A program made the position numbers and the translations under genes. A stretch of 64,000 nt of DNA from an uncultured Spirochaetales bacterium (GTDB lineage: Bacteria; Spirochaetota; GWE2-31-10; JAFGQB01), in assembly GCA_964531405.1 (NCBI GenBank), contig CAZHHK010000001.1:913-64912 (forward strand), given 5' to 3'. The notes beneath the pieces are model-generated. The model ran no database searches, was not told the DNA's origin, and saw only the letters and a program-made list of their open reading frames with translations. Numbering within the stretch: the first letter of the stretch is position 1; every line of letters begins with the position of its first letter. Positions 10,059 through 19,830 of the stretch are shown in pieces.

Positions 10059-12188
10059 ATGAAATTAAAACAAAAAACAAAAAAAAGCATTCAGGCAGGA
10101 AAATTTTATCCGCTCGGAGCAACACTTCAAAATGGAGGAGCGAATTTCGCAGTTTATTCTCAATATGCCAAAGAAATTTACCTGCTTTTATTCGATAAAG
10201 CTGACGGTGAACCCACAGACATCATAAAACTTGATAATTGCACAAAATATATTCATCATGTTTTTGTAGAAGGAATAAAAAAAGGACAATTATACGGATT
10301 CAAGGCAAGAGGTGAATATAATCCTAATTTCGGGTTGAGATTCAATGAGAATAAACTGTTGGTTGATCCGTACAGCAAGGCATTTACCGGAAAATTCATC
10401 AATAAAGACAACCTTCTTCTGGGATATGATCCAATGTCTTATCAAAAAGACATGCAGATGGACATTAGAGATAATTCGACAATCGTACCCAAATCAATTG
10501 TAATTGACGATGAATTCGACTGGCAGTCCGACAAGCCGCCTGATATCCCTTTTGAAAAACTTATTATATACGAAGTTCATGTTAAAGGTTTTACAAAACA
10601 TCCGTCCTTTAAAATTAATAATCCTGGTACTTACCTAGGCTTCATTGAACAAATCCCCTACTTAAAAGATTTAGGCATCAATGCAGTTGAATTACTTCCC
10701 GTACATGAGTATTATGTTGATGATTTTTTAATTCAAAAAAATCTTACCAATTACTGGGGGTACAACACCATAGGTTTTTTTGCACCAGAATCATCATACA
10801 GTACTGGCAAATATCCAGGTTGCCAAGTTGAAGAATTTAAAACTATGGTTAGAGAGCTTCATAAGGCTGGTATCGAGGTGATTCTAGATGTTGTATACAA
10901 TCATACAGCAGAGGGTAATGAACTTGGTCCAACGATGTGTTTTAAGGGGATTGACAATCCAACATATTACAGTTTAACAGGATCTCATTACAACCCTGGC
11001 AGATATTACATGAATTACACTGGATGTGGTAACAGTCTTAACTTTGCAAACACTCCGGTTATAAGACTCGTGATGGATTCATTGCGATACTGGGTTGAAA
11101 AAATGCATGTTGACGGTTTCAGGTTTGATCTGGCATCTGTACTTGGCCGTGAAGAAGGATATTTCTATAAATCTGCCGCTTTTTTTGACACAATTTCACA
11201 GGACCCCCTGTTAAGCAGGATAAAACTTATTGCAGAGCCATGGGATCTAGGCACATATCAGGTTGGCAACTTTCCGATTGACTGGTCTGAGTGGAATGGC
11301 AGGTTCAGGGACTGCATAAGGAAATTCGGTAAAGGTGATGGAGGGCAGATTCAAGAAATAGGATATAGGTTTACAGGCTCGGCAGATCTTTACGAAGATG
11401 ATGGAAGAAGTGCGTACAACTCTATAAATTTTATTACCTGTCATGATGGATTTACTCTCAATGATCTTGTATCATATAATTATAAACATAACGATAACAA
11501 TCTTGAAAACAACAACGACGGCACAAACGATAATAATTCATGGAACTGCGGATATGAAGGTGAAACTGAGGATAAAGAAATACTATATTTAAGAAAACAG
11601 CTGGTAAAAAATTATTTCTGTATGCTTTTTTTCTCTCAAGGTACACCTATGATGCTTGGAGGGGATGAATTTTTACGAACACAATACGGCAACAATAACG
11701 CTTACTGCCAGGATAATGAAATAAGTTATTTCAATCCTGATAGGATAAAAGCAAACAGTGACATGATTGAATTTGTAAAAAAAGCAATTGCCTTCAGAAA
11801 AGCTCACTCCATACTTCAGCGAAGAAAATATCTTAAAGGTATTGACTCGGATGGCAACAGGTTTTCCGACATCATGTGGTTCGATGACAATCTGAATAAT
11901 CCACAATGGTTTAATCCGGAATGCAAGGCCATTTCCTATATGCTTGATTGTGGAGAAGATAATATTTATGAAAAGCATATCTTTTTGTTTTTCATATACA
12001 ACATGGATTATAAAGCCCATTTTGTCAAAATTCCAACTTTATACAATAAACAGAAATGGTTTCGTAAAATCGACACGAGCCTTAAAAGCGGAGATGACTT
12101 TTTGTCCGATGGCAGGGAATTAATCATAAATCCAAGCGATTACTATATTGTCAATCCAAGAAGTACTGTAGTATTAATCGGGAAATAA
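10059..12188 (+). CDS. glgX: Glycogen debranching enzyme GlgX / isoamylase (GH13)
   Basis: 709 aa; CBM48-like N-terminus; GH13 catalytic regions (GFRFDLAS, EPWD, region IV FITCHDGFTLNDL). Confidence 0.85.
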   Translation: MKLKQKTKKSIQAGKFYPLGATLQNGGANFAVYSQYAKEIYLLLFDKADGEPTDIIKLDNCTKYIHHVFVEGIKKGQLYGFKARGEYNPNFGLRFNENKLLVDPYSKAFTGKFINKDNLLLGYDPMSYQKDMQMDIRDNSTIVPKSIVIDDEFDWQSDKPPDIPFEKLIIYEVHVKGFTKHPSFKINNPGTYLGFIEQIPYLKDLGINAVELLPVHEYYVDDFLIQKNLTNYWGYNTIGFFAPESSYSTGKYPGCQVEEFKTMVRELHKAGIEVILDVVYNHTAEGNELGPTMCFKGIDNPTYYSLTGSHYNPGRYYMNYTGCGNSLNFANTPVIRLVMDSLRYWVEKMHVDGFRFDLASVLGREEGYFYKSAAFFDTISQDPLLSRIKLIAEPWDLGTYQVGNFPIDWSEWNGRFRDCIRKFGKGDGGQIQEIGYRFTGSADLYEDDGRSAYNSINFITCHDGFTLNDLVSYNYKHNDNNLENNNDGTNDNNSWNCGYEGETEDKEILYLRKQLVKNYFCMLFFSQGTPMMLGGDEFLRTQYGNNNAYCQDNEISYFNPDRIKANSDMIEFVKKAIAFRKAHSILQRRKYLKGIDSDGNRFSDIMWFDDNLNNPQWFNPECKAISYMLDCGEDNIYEKHIFLFFIYNMDYKAHFVKIPTLYNKQKWFRKIDTSLKSGDDFLSDGRELIINPSDYYIVNPRSTVVLIGK

Positions 12189-12198
12189 AATTAAAATT

Positions 12199-14004
12199 AT
12201 GAAATTAGATAATAAAAAAATCAAAGATGATTATATAAAAGAATTAAATATAAAAACGGGAAAACTCGGATTTGTATTCAGCATCGTCGGCATACCATTA
12301 TTAATTTTATTTATTTTTCAGGATTTTTATATAATAAAAATTCATTGTTTTTTGCCTTTACGAATAGTCCCCATAGTTTCTTGTTCAATTTTTATAATTC
12401 TTCATTTTTTATTGTTTAAAAAGCATATTAAATATTCGTATATATTTCATATTATAAATTTATCATCATTGATGATCATGATCATAGGAATGAACATTAT
12501 AGTCTTTACTTTTTATTACCAACCCAAAAATTTGATCGGTGTTACTAATGCAAGTATTACAGTATTTTTAGTTATATTCCTTTTTGCGCTAAGAGCAAAA
12601 AGAATAATAGCTTTTATTTTATTGATTCCTCTCGGGGTTTTATATCTGTATCTAATTATCATTCAAAAAACCTCCATGCAGGATTTAGCTTTGCTTAGCA
12701 ACTATCTGCTGTTTGCAATTGCAATTATTATCATGTCTACAGTATTTGAAAAAACAGCCTTTAATGAATTCAAAATGAGAAGGATGGCAATTTTAAATAA
12801 GAAAATCGGCGATCTGGCAAAAAGAGAGGCAATGAATTCAAAGAAAAAAGCAATAAATGCCGAAACGGAGAACAGACAGAAAAGTGAATTTTTGGCAATC
12901 ATGGGGCATGAACTTAGAACACCCTTGAATTCAATAATAGGTTATACCAGAATTCTTTTAAACGATGAAAAAAATCAGGATAAAATCAATCAATTAAATA
13001 TTATTAATTCTCAGGGAGAATCATTGGTTAAAATAATCAATGACATTCTTGATATTTCCAGAATCGAATCCGGCAAAATAAATATTGTAAATAAGATTTT
13101 TAATCTGGAAAGCTTAATCGATGGAATTCTTGCCAGCATAAATATCGATTTAAAAAACAGAAACAATAAAATTATAATTAAAAAATCTGATAATTTATCA
13201 AAGTATATAATTACCGACCCACTACGATTGGAACAAATTTTGATAAACCTATTATCAAATGCTATAAAATTCACTGAAAATGGAATAATTATTTTTGAAA
13301 TTATTGAAGATAAAAATATCATTCATAACAAAAAAAAGTTTATCTTTAAAGTATCTGACAACGGAATAGGAATTGATAAAAAAAAGCTCAAATTCATATT
13401 TAAAAAATTTGCGCAGGTTCATGATTCAAGAATAAGAAGATACAAGGGTACAGGGTTGGGATTATTCATCGTCAAAAAGCTCGTCGGACTTTTAAACGGC
13501 AAAATTAATGTCGAAAGCAAAAAAGGAGAAGGATCAATCTTTACAGTAGAATTTAATTTTAAAATTCCAAAACAGGAGCAAATAGAAAAAACAATTGCTA
13601 AACCAATAATACAAAAAAACATCAATCAAGATTTAGGTAAAATGAAAATAATTCTCGCAGAGGATAACAAAAATAATCAGGAACTGGTAAAAAAAATGCT
13701 GGAAATAAAAAACTCTTCGGTATTCATAGCCAATAATGGTCTGGAAGTCCTTAAACTTCTTGAAAAAGAAAAATATGATTTGATTCTTATGGATATAGAG
13801 ATGCCCGAACTGGATGGTCTTGAAACGACAGCGAGAATCAGAGAATCCAAAAGAGAATATAAAAATATTCCAATAATTGCCTTAACCGCGTACGCTTCTG
13901 AAAAGGACAGGACAAATTGTTTAAAAATAGGCATAAATGACTTCATCGCAAAACCTATCCAATTTGAAAACTTTTATGAAAAAATAAACAAATTCAAAAA
14001 ATAA
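12199..14004 (+). CDS. Hybrid sensor histidine kinase (multi-TM sensor + HisKA + HATPase + C-terminal receiver)
   Basis: 601 aa. About 6 N-terminal TM helices. H-box HELRTPLNSIIGY. HATPase N/G boxes (NAIKFT, DNGIGI, GTGLGL). C-terminal REC domain with DLILMDIEMPELDG. It starts 10 nt after glgX. Confidence 0.85.
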   Translation: MKLDNKKIKDDYIKELNIKTGKLGFVFSIVGIPLLILFIFQDFYIIKIHCFLPLRIVPIVSCSIFIILHFLLFKKHIKYSYIFHIINLSSLMIMIIGMNIIVFTFYYQPKNLIGVTNASITVFLVIFLFALRAKRIIAFILLIPLGVLYLYLIIIQKTSMQDLALLSNYLLFAIAIIIMSTVFEKTAFNEFKMRRMAILNKKIGDLAKREAMNSKKKAINAETENRQKSEFLAIMGHELRTPLNSIIGYTRILLNDEKNQDKINQLNIINSQGESLVKIINDILDISRIESGKINIVNKIFNLESLIDGILASINIDLKNRNNKIIIKKSDNLSKYIITDPLRLEQILINLLSNAIKFTENGIIIFEIIEDKNIIHNKKKFIFKVSDNGIGIDKKKLKFIFKKFAQVHDSRIRRYKGTGLGLFIVKKLVGLLNGKINVESKKGEGSIFTVEFNFKIPKQEQIEKTIAKPIIQKNINQDLGKMKIILAEDNKNNQELVKKMLEIKNSSVFIANNGLEVLKLLEKEKYDLILMDIEMPELDGLETTARIRESKREYKNIPIIALTAYASEKDRTNCLKIGINDFIAKPIQFENFYEKINKFKK

Positions 14005-14132
14005 TTATTTATAAAAAAAGATATTATTTGACAAATACTTAAATATTAATCTATCTTTAATAAAAATTTTTCACTTAAAACAAGCCAGTAATTTGCCTTT
14101 AACTGGTAAATTTTAATTTTAAGGATATTAAA

Positions 14133-14684
14133 ATGTCAATCAAAATCAATGAAATTGCTCAAAGAATTAAAGGATTAAGAGAAATCAACGGTGTTTCAGA
14201 GGAAAGCCTTGCAAAAGAATTCAATCTTAAAGTAGAGGATTACAAGAAATATGAAAGCGGCGAAACGGATATACCTGTAAGTTTTTTAAGTCTTTTTGCA
14301 AACAGGTTTAATGTTGATCTGACCAGTCTTATAACTGGCAAAGAGCCAAAACTTCATACATACTGTCTTGTAAGAAAAGACAAAGGACCCACTGTAGAAA
14401 GAAGAAAGGAATATAAGTATCAAGATCTATCATATAATTTCATCAATAAAAAATGCGAGACTTTTCTTGTTACTGTAGACCCTGATAATAAAAAAGAGAT
14501 AAATTGTTACTCCCATGCAGGTCAGGAATTTAATTATGTAATAGAAGGAAGCATTAAGGTAAACATAAATGGACACGAAATAATTCTAAATGAAGGAGAC
14601 TCTCTGTATTTTGATTCTTCCAACAAGCACGGTATGGTCGCTTTGAATAATAAAAAGGCTAAATTTCTGGCTGTAATAATGTAA
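14133..14684 (+). CDS. XRE-family HTH transcriptional regulator with C-terminal cupin domain
   Basis: 183 aa; N-terminal HTH_3-like helix-turn-helix; C-terminal cupin beta-barrel (HAGQEFNYVIEG...LNEGDSLYF...HG). Paralog of the gene at 55906-56472. Confidence 0.75.
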   Translation: MSIKINEIAQRIKGLREINGVSEESLAKEFNLKVEDYKKYESGETDIPVSFLSLFANRFNVDLTSLITGKEPKLHTYCLVRKDKGPTVERRKEYKYQDLSYNFINKKCETFLVTVDPDNKKEINCYSHAGQEFNYVIEGSIKVNINGHEIILNEGDSLYFDSSNKHGMVALNNKKAKFLAVIM

Positions 14685-14707
14685 AAAAATAATTTAAGGA
14701 ATCTAAT

Positions 14708-16366
14708 ATGCTACAAAAATATATAAAAACAAATTTTAATTCTTATGAGGATTTTATATGCAATTTTAAAATCAATATACCTAAAGGGTTTAACTTTGCC
14801 TATGACGTTGTAGACGAATGGGCAAAAATAAACCCTCTTAAAACCGCACTTGTCTGGTGTAATGAAAAAGGAGAAGAGGCGAAATTCAATTTTGCTCAAT
14901 TAAAGGAGTCAAGCGACAAAACGGCAAATTTTTTAAAATCTATCGGTATAAAAAAAGGCGATCCGGTAATGCTGATTTTAAAAAGACGCTTTGAATTCTG
15001 GTTTTGTATTATTGCACTGCACAAACTCGGCGCTATAGCTATACCGGCAACACATCTGTTGACCACAAAAGACATTATCTACCGCAATAACGCCGCAAGC
15101 ATAAAGGCGATAATCTCTGTTAATGAACCCGAAGTAATCGCTCATGTTGATGAAGCCGTTAAAGATTCTCCAACCTTACAGCTTAAAATTTCATTAAACG
15201 GCAAGCATGATGGCTGGCTTAACTACACAGAAGAATTAAGCAAGGCAGATGTTAAATTCACAAGACCTGACGATTTTAAAACCGTAGGCAAAGATGATAT
15301 AATGCTTTTATATTTTACATCAGGAACAACAGGAATGCCAAAAATGGTACAGCATAATTTTGACTATCCGTTAGGACATATAGTTACTGCAAAATTCTGG
15401 CAAAACGTGGATGATGACGGCCTGCATCTTACGGTAGCAGACACAGGGTGGGCAAAAGCAGCATGGGGAAAAATTTATGGACAATGGTTATCCGGCTGTG
15501 CTGTGTTTGTTTATGATTATGATAAATTTGTCCCAAAAAACATGCTTGAAGTTATAACAAAATACGGCGTTACATCGTTTTGCTCACCCCCAACAGTTTA
15601 CAGATATCTCATAAAGGAAGATTTTACTAAATACGATTTCAGCAAGCTTAAATACTGTACAGTTGCAGGAGAGCCGTTGAACCCTGAAGTTTATAATCGA
15701 TTTTTAAAATTAACTGGCATTAAATTAATGGAGGGGTATGGTCAGACAGAATGTACAGTGATAATTGGCACATTCCCTTGGATGGATCCCAAGCCTGGCT
15801 CTATGGGTAAACCCGCTCCGGGCTATGAGGTTGATCTTTTAAATGAAAATGGTGAATCATGTGAGGTGGGGGAGGAAGGACAAATAGCAATAAGGACTAA
15901 TAAAAATAAACCTATAGGCATGTTTGTAGGCTATTATAGGGATAAAACTCTCACAAATAAGGTCTGGCATGATAATATTTATTATACCGGAGACATGGCA
16001 TGGAAGGATGAAGATGGGTTTTTCTGGTTTGTAGGAAGAAGTGATGATGTTATAAAAAGCTCTGGCTATAGGATAGGTCCATTTGAAGTAGAAAGTGCTT
16101 TGCTGGAGCACCCTGCGGTTTTAGAATGCGCTGTTACAGGAGTGCCTGATCCTGACAGAGGACAAGTAGTAAAGGCGACAATAGTACTAACAAAAAATTA
16201 TTCTGCAAGTGAAGAGTTAACAAAGGAATTACAAGAGCATGTTAAAAAGATTACAGCACCGTATAAATATCCCAGAATCATAGAATTCGTCACCGAACTC
16301 CCCAAGACAATAAGCGGTAAGATAAGAAGGGTAGAAATAAGAGAAAAATTCGGCGAAAAAAAATAA
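14708..16366 (+). CDS. AMP-forming acyl-CoA synthetase / ligase
   Basis: 552 aa; AMP-binding motif [12 protein letters not shown], motif II (YGQTE), and C-terminal [10 protein letters not shown] with the catalytic Lys. Confidence 0.8.
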   Translation: MLQKYIKTNFNSYEDFICNFKINIPKGFNFAYDVVDEWAKINPLKTALVWCNEKGEEAKFNFAQLKESSDKTANFLKSIGIKKGDPVMLILKRRFEFWFCIIALHKLGAIAIPATHLLTTKDIIYRNNAASIKAIISVNEPEVIAHVDEAVKDSPTLQLKISLNGKHDGWLNYTEELSKADVKFTRPDDFKTVGKDDIMLLYFTSGTTGMPKMVQHNFDYPLGHIVTAKFWQNVDDDGLHLTVADTGWAKAAWGKIYGQWLSGCAVFVYDYDKFVPKNMLEVITKYGVTSFCSPPTVYRYLIKEDFTKYDFSKLKYCTVAGEPLNPEVYNRFLKLTGIKLMEGYGQTECTVIIGTFPWMDPKPGSMGKPAPGYEVDLLNENGESCEVGEEGQIAIRTNKNKPIGMFVGYYRDKTLTNKVWHDNIYYTGDMAWKDEDGFFWFVGRSDDVIKSSGYRIGPFEVESALLEHPAVLECAVTGVPDPDRGQVVKATIVLTKNYSASEELTKELQEHVKKITAPYKYPRIIEFVTELPKTISGKIRRVEIREKFGEKK

Positions 16367-16430
16367 AAACAATCTTGATTATAAAATTTCTATTTGATAT
16401 ATATTTTATATCAAATAATTAGGAGGTTAT

Positions 16431-17426
16431 ATGAAAAGTATAATTATCAGAGTTATTACATTAATAATGTTTATTTTTACAGGCAGTGTGTTCGTTTTTT
16501 CCGCCGATCAACCAGTAATCCCGGCAAATAATTCAGAAGTTTTTGTAAAATATAGTTCAGCTTGGTTTTACAATGACTCAGGTGATCTTGGAAAAGATTT
16601 TAAGAATGTGAATGCCAAAAACAAAACTTTAATGTATTTTGGAAACAAGGTTACCGTATTAGGCAACAAAAAGGTTGGAGATTCAATATATATTAATGTA
16701 TTGCTTCCTGACGGATCAAAATGCTGGGCACCTTTAGATTATCTGGTAATAAAATTCATTGTCATTACTGACAAGGATATTAAAACATTCTCGCAACCAG
16801 ATGAGAGTTATATCAACAAAGTAAAATTACAGCCATGTTTTCTGGGTTATCTTGTAAAAGAAAAAGGAAGTTTTTTAAATGTTGATTTTTACCATTATGC
16901 TCCTCCCAAAAAAGCCGGTGATAATCCTGTATGGATAGGTAATGTATGGATAAAAACAGCTTATTATACGGATAATATTATTGCGGCAAAACAAGCAAAT
17001 GCGTTAAAAATGGCTTACAATGAACTTTATGGTAAAACTCAAAACAAAGCAAATGCATTAAAATATCTAAAAGACGGATTAGATTCAACTGGTGAGGCAG
17101 AGACTCCCGTTGTTCAAGTTTTAAAAGATTTAATTGTAGAGCTTGAAAGTGAAAACTCAACACAATCCGTGTCAAGTGTTTCAAATAAACCTGATAAAAT
17201 TGTCGGTACATATTATACTCCTTCAACAGAGGGGCTAAGATTCAGGGAATCTCCATCTTTGGATGGAAAATATATTAGGACTCTTCAAAAAGGAGAGAGT
17301 TTAAAATTATTAGAAATTGGTAATCAAGAACAGATTAATGGTATAACAGGGAAATGGTGTAAATTTGAAGATTCTAATGGACAGGTGGGATGGTGTTTCG
17401 ATGCCTATATTACAGAAATGAATTAA
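16431..17426 (+). CDS. Secreted SH3b-domain protein
   Basis: 331 aa; N-terminal signal peptide (IITLIMFIFTGSVFVFSA); C-terminal bacterial SH3-like block (GKYIRTLQKGESLKLLE...GKWCKFEDSNGQVGWCFDAYI). SD AGGAGG sits 6 nt upstream. Confidence 0.6.
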   Translation: MKSIIIRVITLIMFIFTGSVFVFSADQPVIPANNSEVFVKYSSAWFYNDSGDLGKDFKNVNAKNKTLMYFGNKVTVLGNKKVGDSIYINVLLPDGSKCWAPLDYLVIKFIVITDKDIKTFSQPDESYINKVKLQPCFLGYLVKEKGSFLNVDFYHYAPPKKAGDNPVWIGNVWIKTAYYTDNIIAAKQANALKMAYNELYGKTQNKANALKYLKDGLDSTGEAETPVVQVLKDLIVELESENSTQSVSSVSNKPDKIVGTYYTPSTEGLRFRESPSLDGKYIRTLQKGESLKLLEIGNQEQINGITGKWCKFEDSNGQVGWCFDAYITEMN

Positions 17427-17440
17427 TTCAAAAAAATATA

Positions 17441-17476
17441 AAAAAAACCGCATCTTTATTGATGCGGTTTTTTTAT
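17441..17476. terminator. Bidirectional rho-independent terminator between convergent genes
   Basis: A7 + stem AACCGCATC / GATGCGGTT (9 bp, loop TTTATT) + T7. It sits 15 nt after the 16431-17426 stop and 12 nt after the stop of the convergent 17488-17898 gene. It reads as hairpin + U-run on both strands. Confidence 0.75.
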
Positions 17477-17487
17477 AACATACTAAT

Positions 17488-17898
17488 TTAATTGTTTCTA
17501 CTCATGATTGCAAACAACGATATACCTATTATTATTTCAGCTATAAGTTCAATTAACCAATTAAAAAAATCAGGAATTGATATTGTACTCCCTCTCATAA
17601 AAAAATTCCAAGCAAATTTTGTTAATACAACTCTTATACCCCAGAGTATTAAAGCAATCAACCCACCCCAAAAAACGGGCTGAGGATACCTAAAAGTAAA
17701 AAAGCCTATAAGCATCAATACGCCGCAAACTATCTCTAATAAACCAAAAAGCACTTCCAGCCATGTATAGCTGAAGCTCAGACTAAAGATACTTTCCTGA
17801 ATATTTGGGAATAATCCCGCAATTCCTATTACTATAAAAAACGCACCCAGAGCAAGTCTTAAAAGCCTTATTGAAAAGGTCACGTCTCTATAAACCAT
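17488..17898 (-). CDS. Small integral membrane protein (4 predicted TM helices)
   Basis: 136-aa ORF, almost entirely hydrophobic helices; no recognisable family. Confidence 0.45.
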   Translation of the reverse strand: MVYRDVTFSIRLLRLALGAFFIVIGIAGLFPNIQESIFSLSFSYTWLEVLFGLLEIVCGVLMLIGFFTFRYPQPVFWGGLIALILWGIRVVLTKFAWNFFMRGSTISIPDFFNWLIELIAEIIIGISLFAIMSRNN

Positions 17899-18135
17899 AA
17901 TAAACTCCTTATTTAATAATATACTATATTATACATTTTTTTGATATTTTATGTCAAATGTTGTTAGATAGATAATATGGTATATTTATTTAAACAAAAA
18001 AATATAATAGGATTTTATAGTTAAGCATAATCCTGATTTTAGGGATAATAGCCTTGTTCAAGGTTTATGATTTAGTTGCAAATAAGGAAAAAATAATGTA
18101 TTATACACAATCTTTTTTACAAGTAGGTAGTTTTA

Positions 18136-19830
18136 ATGCCGGATCATACTAATCCTCTTATTGTTCAAAGTGATTTTTCATTATTACTTGAGGTGTTTAA
18201 TGATAAATTTGAAACAGTAAGAAACGGATTAACAAAATTTGCCGAATTAATTAAATCACCTGAACATATCCACACATACAGATTAACAAGTTTGAGTTTA
18301 TGGAATGCTGCATCTATAGGTTTATCATATAATGAAATAATTGAATTTCTTAATAAGTACTCGAAATTTGAAATACCACAAAATATAATTGTTGAAATAG
18401 ATCAAATATACAAGAGATTTGGACTTGTAGAAATCCATAAATCAAACAATAAAAATACACTCGTTTTATATGTTAAAGATAATCATATCGAGCAGGAAAT
18501 ACTTTCAAATCCAAAATTAAAAAAATATCTGCTTGATAAAAAAAGTGACAGAGAATATTATTTTAATGAGCTTAACAGAGGAAATTTAAAAGTTGATTTT
18601 TTTAAATACAACATCCCGGTAAATGATATTGCTGGTTATACAAACGGAGACAGTCTCGATTTTAATATAAAATCTATCACTCTTCAAGGACGGGAATTTA
18701 AAATACGTGATTACCAAAAAATGGCAGGAGACTCATTTTATCATGCCGGCTCAAATATAGGAGGACATGGAACGATTGTTTTACCCTGCGGTTCCGGTAA
18801 AACAATTGTTGGATTATACATAATGTCCATGATCAAATCCTATACACTAATATTAACAACTAGTGTTGCCGCAGTTCATCAATGGATAAATGAATTACTC
18901 GATAAAACTACTCTGACAAAAGATCAAATCGGGGAATATACTGGTGATAAAAAAGAAATTAAACCTATCACGATATGTACCTATCAGATATTGATTTATA
19001 GAAAAAATAAAGAGAGCGATTTTTTACACTTTGAAATTTTTCATGCACAAAATTGGGGATTAATAATATATGATGAAGTCCACTTATTACCAGCACCGAT
19101 TTTTAAAATAACTGCTGGAATTCAAAGTAAAAGGAGACTAGGACTAACAGCCACTTTAGTCAGAGAAGACGGCAATGAAAAAGATGTCTTTTGTCTTATT
19201 GGTCCTAAAAAATATGACACACCATGGAAGGTTCTTGAAAAGCAAGGATGGATCGCAGAGGCAAGGTGTTTTGAAATAAAATTACCTTTACCCGAAAAAT
19301 TATTAATGGAATATCTGATTTCTGATCAAAAACTTAAATATACAATATCCTCTAAAAATCCTTATAAAAATATCGCTCTTAAAGATCTGTTATTCAAACA
19401 TCAGGGTCAATTAATTTTAATAATTGGTCATTTCCTTGATCAGTTACGTGAAGTTGCAATGCAATACAACGCTCCTTTGATAACGGGAAAATCTACAAAT
19501 AAGGAAAGAGAAAATACATATAAGAAATTCAGGGATGGAGAAATCAAAATACTTGTTGTAAGTAAAGTCGCCAATTTTTCAATTGATCTACCTGACGCCA
19601 GTGTTTTGATCCAATTAAGCGGGACTTATGGATCAAGACAGGAAGAGGCTCAGAGATTAGGAAGGATTTTACGACCCAAACAAAATAATATTTCATATTT
19701 TTACTCACTGGTAACCAAAGATACTATTGAAGAACAGTATTCGCATAAGAGACAAAGATTTTTAACAGAGCAGGGCTACAACTATGAAATAGATTTTTGG
19801 GATCCTCAGGAATTTGTATGGGAGAAATAA
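18136..19830 (+). CDS. XPB/ERCC3/Ssl2-like SF2 DNA helicase (archaeal/eukaryotic NER-type)
   Basis: 564 aa; Walker A LPCGSGKT; motif II DEVH; XPB-signature RED motif (GLTATLVREDGNEKD); motifs V/VI (QLSGTYGSRQEEAQRLGRILR); N-terminal about 150 aa DRD-like domain. Confidence 0.8.
   Translation: MPDHTNPLIVQSDFSLLLEVFNDKFETVRNGLTKFAELIKSPEHIHTYRLTSLSLWNAASIGLSYNEIIEFLNKYSKFEIPQNIIVEIDQIYKRFGLVEIHKSNNKNTLVLYVKDNHIEQEILSNPKLKKYLLDKKSDREYYFNELNRGNLKVDFFKYNIPVNDIAGYTNGDSLDFNIKSITLQGREFKIRDYQKMAGDSFYHAGSNIGGHGTIVLPCGSGKTIVGLYIMSMIKSYTLILTTSVAAVHQWINELLDKTTLTKDQIGEYTGDKKEIKPITICTYQILIYRKNKESDFLHFEIFHAQNWGLIIYDEVHLLPAPIFKITAGIQSKRRLGLTATLVREDGNEKDVFCLIGPKKYDTPWKVLEKQGWIAEARCFEIKLPLPEKLLMEYLISDQKLKYTISSKNPYKNIALKDLLFKHQGQLILIIGHFLDQLREVAMQYNAPLITGKSTNKERENTYKKFRDGEIKILVVSKVANFSIDLPDASVLIQLSGTYGSRQEEAQRLGRILRPKQNNISYFYSLVTKDTIEEQYSHKRQRFLTEQGYNYEIDFWDPQEFVWEK

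Noticed and set aside
14133-14684. XRE-cupin regulators as toxin-antitoxin antitoxins
   Set aside because: Each carries its own cupin effector domain (183-188 aa), and there is no adjacent small toxin ORF. They look like ligand-sensing regulators.
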